A stretch of DNA of 63,937 nt, filler included, from Basidiobolus meristosporus CBS 931.73 (taxonomy: Eukaryota; Fungi; Basidiobolomycota): assembly GCA_002104905.1 (NCBI GenBank). It is 4 parts of 4 records of this genome, joined end to end, with 100 filler letters (N's around TTAATTAATTAA, not from the genome) between each part and the next. Parts side by side here need not be neighbours in the genome. Positions count along the whole stretch, not along the records: positions 1 to 19,992 come from MCFE01001017.1; 3 more parts are not named here. One strand, 5' to 3'. Under the pieces are notes generated by a model. That model was not told where the DNA came from. It did no database searches and was given only the letters and a program-made list of their open reading frames with translations. Shown one piece after another: positions 11,387-19,992 of this stretch; positions within the stretch are counted from its first letter, which is position 1; each line of letters begins with the position of its first letter. The position numbers and the translations under genes were made by a program.

Positions 11387-12535
11387 TTATGAAATATTCG
11401 CCTCTATAGGCTCTGTCAACAAGCAGTACCTTTCATCAAAGTTTGTTTGGCTGGTAACATTTCTGCCAAATACAAAGGGGCATGCCCTGGTGGTAGCTTT
11501 GGAGTTGGGTGAATATCCTCGGGTATTTTCGCCTTTACCAACATCGTCCAGAGAGGATCCAAAATCAACGTATTGATTACTGAATGGTCTGGCCTGATAC
11601 ATGTAGTATATCAGCACTTCAGAGAGGGGACCTGCAGAAATCATGAATAGTGTATCTGTATGGAGACGCGCTATAGACTGGGCATAAGATATCCATGCAC
11701 AACGCGTGGAAGGGATCTCAAATATTTCCGCACAGTTGTCCGGAACAAAAACGACATGAGAAGCCCACTTGGAGAGCTCCTCCAAACGATCCGATCCAGA
11801 TTGATTAATTAGCAAGACGACCTTTTGCTTCATGGTGGTAGTACCGGTTTGAATAGATTGAAAGAATTTGTATAATTTCGGGTAGTTTTCTCCCATCCAT
11901 ATCATACTGTAGCTCATCCTTGAAGTGGAGATATTGCGTCCAAGTGAAAGGTACCTCGGCAGCGCGGAATTCCAGGTAAAGGGACAAGGTAGCCCATAAA
12001 AGTACATTCCTACTGGATTCTGTAAGCTTTCTATCATAGTGTTGCCTAAGACGCCGATTCGATCCTCTCTCCATATCCACTTATCTACAGTTTCAGCTTG
12101 GGCACCTGGAGCGATAGAATTGCCGGATACCAAAAAATATTCACCATCCCCCCATCTGGTAAACGCAAAGGGAACGTTGCATTGAATGAGTTCCATGATC
12201 ATCTCAAACTCCTCATCCATAGCAAAGGTCATGAATTTTCGCTTGGAGCTATAAAGGAGTGGAATCCTGCCATTTAAATATTGGCAATCTCCGAGCCTTT
12301 GCGAAACTATATCGAGTTGCTTGGCTACAACCTCGTCAGCATTCAAGGTGTAGTGCGGAGCTTTGCATTGATTAGTTAGCTTGTGGAAGCCGCTGTCGTC
12401 AATTTTGGGCTGACTTTTGTTGTGTAGCAACAGGAGTGTTAAGGAAGCAATCAAAAAGATTGCGATAACTAGCCAACGACAGGCTGCTTTTGAATAGAAG
12501 CTTTTAAGCCTACTGTTGTATCCATTTGACTTCAT
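11387..12535 (-). CDS. Putative type-II membrane glycosyltransferase, GT-D fold/DUF1792-like (paralogue B)
   Basis: 382-aa ORF collinear with paralogue A (PFAFTRWGDGE, YFYGLPCP, VPDNCAEIFEIPS.RCAWI, ISAGPLSE, YVDFGSSLD, NTRGYSP). N-terminal TM helix WLVIAIFLIASLTLLLL. Confidence 0.6.
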   Translation of the reverse strand: MKSNGYNSRLKSFYSKAACRWLVIAIFLIASLTLLLLHNKSQPKIDDSGFHKLTNQCKAPHYTLNADEVVAKQLDIVSQRLGDCQYLNGRIPLLYSSKRKFMTFAMDEEFEMIMELIQCNVPFAFTRWGDGEYFLVSGNSIAPGAQAETVDKWIWREDRIGVLGNTMIESLQNPVGMYFYGLPCPFTWNSALPRYLSLGRNISTSRMSYSMIWMGENYPKLYKFFQSIQTGTTTMKQKVVLLINQSGSDRLEELSKWASHVVFVPDNCAEIFEIPSTRCAWISYAQSIARLHTDTLFMISAGPLSEVLIYYMYQARPFSNQYVDFGSSLDDVGKGENTRGYSPNSKATTRACPFVFGRNVTSQTNFDERYCLLTEPIEANIS

Positions 12536-13217
12536 ACTAAATGGTAGGTGATAAAGAAACTAATTTAGTGTTAGATGGATGGAGTCATAATCAGTAAAAA
12601 TATTTTCCCCGTGTTGCGAATTTAATGCAGTGCTTGATTTCCAGATTCGTATCATAATTTTTCATTAAACGGTAATGTTTGTATAATATCCTGAATGAGA
12701 TACAAATAAGAATGAGGTATCATGCTGGCCAGCAGGGAAGGTGCCACTAACCATAAATGGAAATCATGTTGCAGGTGTGGCTTTTAGTTGATTTGATGCC
12801 AAAAAATCCAACTAGCATCTTGCTGTATTCTTAATTCGAGACCTGACCACTTACAATCTCACAAATAAAAAGGTTGAATATCCAATTTTGGGCAGAGATA
12901 CCGTCAACAAATATTTGCAATCAGTGCTCTACACTTCGAATAATTATTCAATAGGGTTGCAACAATATGTTAAACCTTCACAACTAACATCAACTCATCA
13001 CGTAACCACTGACCTGTTGGGAGGTAGCTAGGTCCCAGAGCTCTTGGGTGGTTACTGACGGATGTGATTGTTTGAAAACTATTATATCTTGTGCCACTCT
13101 ACAAAATTACTCCTTGTCTGTATAAGAACAGCCTACAATATTCATCCTATTTGGAAAGTAATGAGTGAATATACTCTGCCAACTACTTGCGGCTTTTAAG
13201 TGGATTGATGTTGATCA

Positions 13218-14770
13218 TATTGTAAAAGTTTGTAATTCCACCTAGATATTCACCTTAATTAGTCACTTAGATCATTACCTTCAGATCCTAGAAAATACTC
13301 ACCAAATTCCTTGTTGGGATTTACTTAGAATATTCACCCAGAACATGATAATTAGATAAGTTGCCCAAGCAGCCCCAAACTTTGCACACATGTTCTTGGG
13401 ACCTTCCTTAACTTACTCTATGTGCTTGTAATGCCAAGACCATGTAAAGTATAAATACTACTTTTACATTCAATAAATCATTAAGTGAAAACCACATATT
13501 CTACTTGTCCTCCCAATCACCACCAATATCTCCAAGACTCTTACAAAGGGTTATGAGTCCCAAGCTTTCACACTCTGCAATGTTTACTACTGCAATTACT
13601 GGTATTATTCCCTCTGCTGAAAAGTTGGATGGATCTAACTATCAAGTGTGGAAGGTGAAGATGAAGATGCTGCTTCAAGAAAGAGGCCTTTGGGATATTG
13701 TCACAGGAGAAGAATGCCCTCCTAAAAGCACAGGAGAGGAAGCCTTAAAGTACCAGAAGAAAGAACAAAGTGTCTTTAACTGCATTTGCCTTAATGTTAA
13801 AGACAAATTGCTAATTCAATGCTAAAGAGCAAAAACGGCAAAGAATGCCTGCAAGGCATTAGAAGACACCTACAAGTCATGTTCAGCTGCTAAGAAAATG
13901 AATCTGAGACAAAAAATCCTTACTACAAGGATGCAGCCAGGAGAAGAAATGAAAAACCTAATTAACAGTATTTCCCTGCTGGTAGATGAGATGGAATCTG
14001 TGGGTGTACCAACTACAGATGAGGATGTGATAATAACCATCCTGAATAGCCTGACAGACAAGTTTCTGGGCCTTGTATCAGCCCTAGAGCTCAGAGCTGA
14101 AGATCTGACCTTAAATTATGTATATAGAAAGCTCCTGGATGAAGAATTAAGAAAATCAAGCACCAATAAGAAGGAAGAAGAAAATGCTTTGATAAGCAGT
14201 GATGACCATCAAAGGAGGTACCTAAGACCCTTCAAAGGCAACAGCAACCTGTTTTGCAACTATTGCAAGAGGAAAGGACACACATCAGACCAGTGTCTCA
14301 AAAAGAGAGATAATGAGCAAAAGAAGCCTGAATATAGAAATGCTGCAACAACTAAATATAGACTATTCATATTGGCACTAAATATGACCTCAAACAAGGA
14401 TTCTTAGACATGGTACATTGACTCTGGAACATCTCAACACTTTATACACCAAACAGAACTTCTTTCCCAATATTAAGAAATTCCAAATAAGAAGGTTTCA
14501 TGTGTAATGGTAGAACACTTGATGCAGTGGGAGAAGAAACTATCAAAGTAAACCTTGGAAGCAGTGAAGGAAGTTGTACAATGACCTTCAAAGAAGCACT
14601 CTATGTACCAGAAATAGCCAACAACCTACTATCTGTAAGCAAGGCCACTACAGAAGAACTCAGTTTCAGCTTTGACAGATCTGGATGCAAGATCAATTAT
14701 CAAGATGGTGCCCATATTGCTTTGGATATCAGAGATCAGAATCTATACAAATTGACATATATACCATCAT
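13218..14770 (+). mobile_element. Ty1/copia family 1, 5' half (LTR, PBS, gag, protease), abruptly truncated at 14770
   Basis: Degenerate LTR ~13218-13547, PBS GGTTATGAGTCC ~13549-13560, gag/PR fragments (ORFs 13505, 13898, 14500). Homology to 4960-4990 stops at ...ATACCATCAT (14770). Confidence 0.85.
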
Positions 14771-15389
14771 CGGGGAAGGGGGGGGGAAAGTCACCAAAGC
14801 AGGTGAAATCTTTATTTGATTTCAGACAAGCCTAACTACAAATAAAGAAGCCAGCTGGGAATAGAAGATTACCAAAGTAAACACTAAGTTGAATATGAAT
14901 AAATCTAAGCCAAAGTTAAGGCAGTATCCCAGAGTACACTGGAGTTCAGGTTCATGGGGGAGTGAAGTAGATAAGCTTGAGAGATATAATAATCTTTCAG
15001 GAAGTGGGTAACAGCAGGTGAAGGGGAGTTTTTGATAAGTGAAGTGAATCTTGAGAGCAGAGATTCCTCTAATGAGAAGGTCTTGTAAACTGGAGAATCA
15101 GGAAACTCTTTAAAGGCATGGTCAGTAGGTTCCCAGTAAAACTGGTCAGAGACATTTTGAGAGAATTGTGTAGCAATACTTTGGTCAAGTACTACCACCA
15201 GAGTGTGATGGTTGATAAATCTCATGTTAACAATTTTGGATAAATTGTAACCTTGTTGCTTGAGATACATCCTATGCTCAGATATAGGAATAAACTCCAC
15301 ATTGGCAAAGTAGCAGACAGTCCAGTTGGTAGCAGGAGGTAAATCAGAAGTGGCAGGAAACTTTCTTTTAGTCTTGGGAGGAGCAGCAC
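14771..15389 (-). mobile_element. Telomeric retroelement unit B1 (ORF1-like, no RT), 5'-truncated
   Basis: Its first ~200 bp match 19582-19773 with 4 substitutions. Carries the shared 3' module (plus strand: G-run, AGTCACC..GGTGAAATCTTTATTTG..CAAATAAAGAAGCCA). Open frame from the junction to the stop at 14905. Confidence 0.75.
14905..15389 (-). CDS. C-terminal part of an unknown protein, possibly ORF1/gag-like nucleic-acid-binding protein (5'-partial)
   Basis: About 160 open codons, not homologous to the RT ORF. Segment YFANVEFIPISEHRMYLKQQGYNLSKIVNMRFINHHTLVVVL...WEPTD recalls, from memory only, ORF1-like proteins of early-diverging fungal non-LTR elements. The first ~8 residues in the ORF track come from the neighbouring unit. 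Confidence 0.4.
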
Positions 15390-17502
15390 TTAGGGGGGAG
15401 ACAGTCACCAACATGTGAAATCTTTATTTCAGTTGAAACAAAAAAGCCAGCGCTACTGTTGTAGCTTTGATACAAGAGTGTGTAGCTGAGGGGAACTTGT
15501 AGGTAAGTTAATAAGAAGTGATGATAGTTCTTCAGTGCTCAAGACACTGTTCAGTGGGAAGGGGGGTAGCAAGAGAGGTAAGAATGACTTGTGAACAACA
15601 TTAATGAGGGGAATGTGATAAGGATTGATATTCATCATAAATGGAGTGTGCTGCTGCAGATATTGCTGCCAAAGGTCTGTCAAGTACTTCAGGTAGGCCA
15701 GCTTGGGTTTTTCTGACTGCAGAATATAGTGAGCAAACTTCTTGACTTCAGGATCTCCAAGTATAGTTCTCCAGCAGGAGCCAGGTGTTTTGTGGTGTGT
15801 TCTCTTCCAGGCCTTAATCAGTGGGTTGTTGCAGTTGTGAAGTCTGAGGTATAATCTGGTTCTAAGGTAGAGAAGTCTGATCTTATAGGGCAAAAACCCA
15901 AAAGCACCAAGAATAGCATGTCTGTAGGGGCATTCAGGCAAATGAGGCACCAAGGAGGTAATGCACCATACTGCAAACTTGTCAAGCTTAGTGCAGTCTC
16001 TAGAAGTACAAGAGAGAAGTGGTAAGCCAAATTCCAGGACAGGGAAGACAAACTGCTTGAGTAGAAGGAGGCAGCTGGGAGCTGAAGTTGTAGGAGGAGT
16101 AACAGCCAGTAGCTTGTGGAGTGCCTGTCTTGCCAGGATAATTCTCTTCTTCAGGTGTGCTCCAGAGTCTAGTCCAGTAGGAAGGAAAGGAAAGCCAAGA
16201 TATGTAGCAGAAACCTGAGCAGGTAGAGTGGAGTTCTCCAAGTTGATGGGAGAGCCCAAAGGTACTGTCTTTGCAATGGAAAGCTGGAGATTATTCTTCT
16301 GCAGATACTGGTGGATGGTCTGGGAGTCTTGTTGCACATTGGAGGAGGATATTCTGATGTCATCAGCAAAGAGAGTAACCAGGCAGTCAGCTGAGAGTTT
16401 TGGGAAATCATTCAGGAAGATGGCAAACAGTATAGGACCAAGCACAGAGCCTTGAGCCACTCCATTAGGAACTGAGAACACTGATGATTGCTCACTTGGG
16501 TGCCAAATTCTTGCTTGTGGATCCAGAAACAGAGACCTGATAAGGAGGGCGAGAGAGGTACTGGAGAAGCATTGCAACTTGGACCAAAGCAGATTTCTGT
16601 CAACTGAATCAAAGGCCTTAGTAATATCAAACAGAACAGAGGGATACTTGCACTGGAGAGAGTGATCTTGGCTAAGTATGACTGCATATTCCAAGGAGAG
16701 GCCAGGAACAAAGCCAAACTGTGCAGGATGAAAATTGAGGGAGTCAGAGTAGAGCTCCTGAGCAAGCAGAAGCTCAAACACCTTTCTGCAGGTGGGCAAC
16801 AGAGATACTGGCCTGTAGGAGCTAGGATCCAGGTGCTTTCCTTTACCCTTGTACAGTGGCAGAACATTTGCAAAGGACCATTCCTCAGGAGTAGAAAGCT
16901 GGGCTGAGCATTGCTGAAACAGTGGAGGCAGAAGTACAGACATGGCCTTGGTACTAGTCTTCAGAAGCTCATAAGAGATTGTGTCCACACCTGGAGCAGT
17001 AGAGTTGGGAAGCCTCTTGAGCACATTATGGATTCTCCTTTGATCAAGTGTAAGTGGGATGGGCAGAGTCTTGAAGTCAGGATGAAAGCTAGGAGTTGAG
17101 TACTGCTTTGTAGAGAAGAAGATGTTAGCCAGCTGTTCTGTTGAGGGTAACTTCCTGGAAGAGGGCCTCATTGCCCTGTAGAGTCTAGATACTGTTCTTG
17201 TTATAGAGTTGGAAGATTGCAGAGGCAAAGAACTCATAATATGATCCCAGAGCTGAGTATGCAGAGTGTGGTGAATTGCCTTGGAGTGGTGTAATGCTGT
17301 CAGGAGGAGTTTCTCTGTTTTTGGGTTAGGGAAACTCAGGTAGCTTTCTTGCAGGGCTGAAACAATGGATGCCCATTTTCTTGAGGTAACAGCAGTAGTC
17401 TTGCATGGCAGTGAGAGGGAGGCAGACACCAGAATCAGATGCTTCACAAAGAGCCAGGCATAGTTGAGATCATCTGGCAGAGAAAGTAGCCAACTGGCAA
17501 GC
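15390..17502 (-). mobile_element. Telomeric non-LTR retroelement unit A1 (RT-coding), 5'-truncated
   Basis: Starts on the plus strand with TTAGGGGGG plus the shared 3' module; only ~60 nt lie between the G-run and the RT stop. Near-identical to 17646-19568. Confidence 0.85.
15453..17502 (-). CDS. LINE-type reverse transcriptase, 5'-partial (copy 1)
   Basis: Motifs STAPGVDTI, KGKG...YRPVSLL, QFGF, LFDITKAFDSV, GVAQGSVLGP, LFADD, YLG. The frame stays open upstream of the track's GTG start (17447) through the unit junction, so the N-terminus is missing. Confidence 0.9.
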
Positions 17503-17645
17503 TTAAGGGAGGGAAGTCACCAAGTTGGTGAAAGCTTTATTTGAGTTAAGAACTAATCTAAGTACAAATAAAGAAGCCAATTAAGTGGTCTAGAGCCTCA
17601 CTTATAAGTAATCTTATTTATGTTTTGTTTCATCTCTAATGTTTG
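17503..17645 (-). mobile_element. Telomeric unit C: short 5'-truncated third variant with the shared 3' module
   Basis: TTAAGGGAGGGAAGTCACCAAGTTGGTGAAAGCTTTATTTG...CAAATAAAGAAGCCA, followed by ~70 bp of AT-rich sequence unlike units A or B. Confidence 0.65.
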
Positions 17646-19568
17646 TTAGGGGGGAGAGGGGGAGACAGTCACCAACAGGTGAAATCTTTATTTCAGTTGA
17701 AACAAAGAAGCCAGCGCTACTGTTGTAGCTTTGATACAAGAGTGTGTAGCTGAGGGGAACTTGTAGGTAAGTTAATAAGAAGTGATGATAGTTCTTCAGT
17801 GCTCAAGACACTGTTCAGTGGGAAGGGGGGTAGCAAGAGAGGTAAGAATGACTTGTGAACAACATTAATGAGGGGAATGTGATAAGGATTGATATTCATC
17901 ATAAAGGGAGTGTGCTGCTGCAGATATTCCTGCCAAAGGTCTGTCAAGTACTTCAGGTAGGCCAGCATGGGTTTTTCTGACTGCAGAATATAGTGAGCAA
18001 ACTTCTTGACTTCAGGATCTCCAAGTATAGTTCTCCAGCAGGAGTCAGGTGTAGTGTGGTGTGTTCTCTTCCAGGCCTTAATCAGTGGGTTGTTGCAGTT
18101 GTGAAGTCTGAGGTATAATCTGGTTCTAAGGTAGAGAAGTCTGATCTTATAGGGCAAAAACCCAAAAGCACCAAGAAGAGCATGTCTGTAGGGGCATTCA
18201 GGCAAATGAGGCACCAAGGAGGTAATGCACCATACTGCAAACTTGTCAAGCTTAGTGCAGTCTCTAGAAGTAAGAGAGAGAAGCGGTAAGCCAAATTCCA
18301 GGACAGGGAAGACAAACTGCTTGACTAGAAGGAGGCAGCTGGGAGCTGAAGTTGTAGGAGGAGTAACAGCCAGTATCTTGTGGAGTGCCTGTCTTGCCAG
18401 GATAATTCTCTTCTTCAGGTGTGCTCCAGAGTCTAGTCCAGTAGGAAGGAAAGGAAAGCTAAGATATGTAGCAGAAACCTGAGCAGGTAGAGTGGAGTTC
18501 TCCAAGTTGATGGGAGAGCCCAAAGGTACTGTCTTTGCAATGGAAAGCTGGAGATTATTCTTCTGCAGATACTGGTGGATGGTCTGAGAATCTTGTTGCA
18601 CATTGGAGGAGGATATTCTGATGTCATCAGCAAAGAGAGTAACCAGGCAGTCAGCTGAGAGTCTTGGGAAATCATTCAGGAAGATGGCAAACAGTATAGG
18701 ACCAAGCACAGAGCCTTGAGCCACTCCATTAGGAACTGAGAACACAGCTGATTGCTCACTTGGGTGCAGAATTCTTGCTTGTGGATCCAGAAACAGAGAC
18801 CTGACAAGGAGGGTGAGAGAGGTACTGGAGAAGCATTGCAACTTGGACCAAAGCAGATTTCTGTCAACTGAATCAAAGGCCTTAGTAATATCAAACAGAA
18901 CAGAGGGATACTTGCACTGGAGAGAGTGATCTTGGCTAAGTATGACTACATATTCCAAGGAGAGGCCAGGAACAAAGCCAAACTGTGCAGGATGAAACTT
19001 GAGGGAGTCAGAGTAGAGCTCCTGAGCAAGCAGAAGCTCAAACACCTTTCTGCAGGTGGGCAGCAGAGATATTGGCCTGTAGGAGCTAGGATCCAGGTGC
19101 TTTCCTTTACCCTTGTACAGTGGCAGAACATTTGCAAAGGACCATTCCTCAGGAGTAGAAAGCTGGGCTGAGCATTGCTGAAACAGTGGAAGCAGAAGTG
19201 CAGACATGGCCTTGGTACTAGTCTTCAGAAGCTCATAAGAGATTGTGTCCACACCTGGAGCAGTAGAGTTGGGAAGCCTCTTGAGCACATTATGGATTCT
19301 CCTTTGATCAAGTGCAAGTGGGATGGGCAGAGTTGTGAAGTCAGGATGAAAGCCAGGAGTTGGGTACTGCTTTGTAGAGAAGATGTTAGCCAGCTGTTCT
19401 GTTGAAGGTAACTTCCTGGAAGAGGGCCTCATTGCCCTGTAGAGTCTTGATACTGTTCTTGTTATAGAGTTGGAAGATTGCAGAGGCAAAGAACTCATAA
19501 TATGATCCCAGAGCTGAGTATGCAGAGTGTGGTGAATTGCCTTGGAGTGGTGTATTGCTGTCAGGAGG
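17646..19568 (-). mobile_element. Telomeric non-LTR retroelement unit A2 (RT-coding), 5'-truncated
   Basis: TTAGGGGGGAGAGGGGGAGAC plus the shared module. Collinear with A1 until ...TCAGGAGG (19568), then GTTAGGG. Confidence 0.85.
17717..19568 (-). CDS. LINE-type reverse transcriptase, 5'-partial (copy 2)
   Basis: 593-aa ORF in the track, same motifs as copy 1, no internal stops, one in-frame codon indel (IFFST vs IFST). Confidence 0.9.
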
Positions 19569-19771
19569 GTTAGGGGGAGGGAAAGTCACCAAAGTAGGTG
19601 AAATCTTTATTTGATTTCAGACAAGTCTAACTACAAATAAAGAAGCCAGCTGGGAATAGAAGATTCCCAAAGTAAACACTAAGTTGAATATGAATAAATC
19701 TAAGCTAAAGTTAAGGCAGTATCCCAGAGTACACTGGAGTTCAGGTTCATGGGGGAGTGAAGTAGATAAGC
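19569..19771 (-). mobile_element. Telomeric unit B2, strongly 5'-truncated, directly capped by the telomere
   Basis: Matches B1 (3' module, 3' UTR and last ~23 codons) up to GATAAGCTT, then switches to TTAGGG repeats. Confidence 0.85.
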
Positions 19772-19992
19772 TTAGGGTTAGGGTTAGGGTTAGGGTTAGG
19801 GTTAGGGTTAGGGTTAGGGTTAGGGTTAGGGTTAGGGTTAGGGTTAGGGTTAGGGTTAGGGTTAGGGTTAGGGTTAGGGTTAGGGTTAGGGTTAGGGTTA
19901 GGGTTAGGGTTAGGGTTAGGGTTAGGGTTAGGGTTAGGGTTAGGGTTAGGGTTAGGGTTAGGGTTAGGGTTAGGGTTAGGGTTAGGGTTAGG
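19772..19992 (+). repeat. Telomeric repeat (TTAGGG)n, ~37 units, at contig end
   Basis: Perfect TTAGGG array of 221 bp running into the N linker; the G-rich strand points outward as at a right chromosome end. Confidence 0.97.

Noticed and set aside
11070-11576. Small ORFs between or overlapping the two glycosyltransferase-like genes
   Set aside because: Short, overlapping, no recognisable motifs; expected by chance in a 394-bp convergent intergenic region and antisense frames.
14787-14855. Hammerhead ribozyme in the 3' module (stem-GAAA-stem, as in Penelope/Terminon pLTRs)
   Set aside because: No CUGANGA core precedes the first stem and no NUH cleavage triplet follows the second, on either strand.
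15453-17447. Treating the 664-aa ORF as a full-length, proven endonuclease-free protein
   Set aside because: The GTG start is arbitrary; the frame continues to the unit junction at ~17502, so the protein is 5'-truncated.
15818-19405. Numerous 60-150 aa ORFs overlapping the RT, duplicated in both copies
   Set aside because: Alternate-frame or antisense by-products of the compositional bias; their duplication only reflects the A1/A2 duplication.
15453-19498. RT as telomerase, Penelope-like (Athena/Coprina), retron or group II intron RT
   Set aside because: The motif set (APGVD domain 0, YRPVSLL, QFGF, DITKAFDSV, QGSVLGP, FADD) is that of LINE-type non-LTR RTs. A phylogeny is still needed for the clade.
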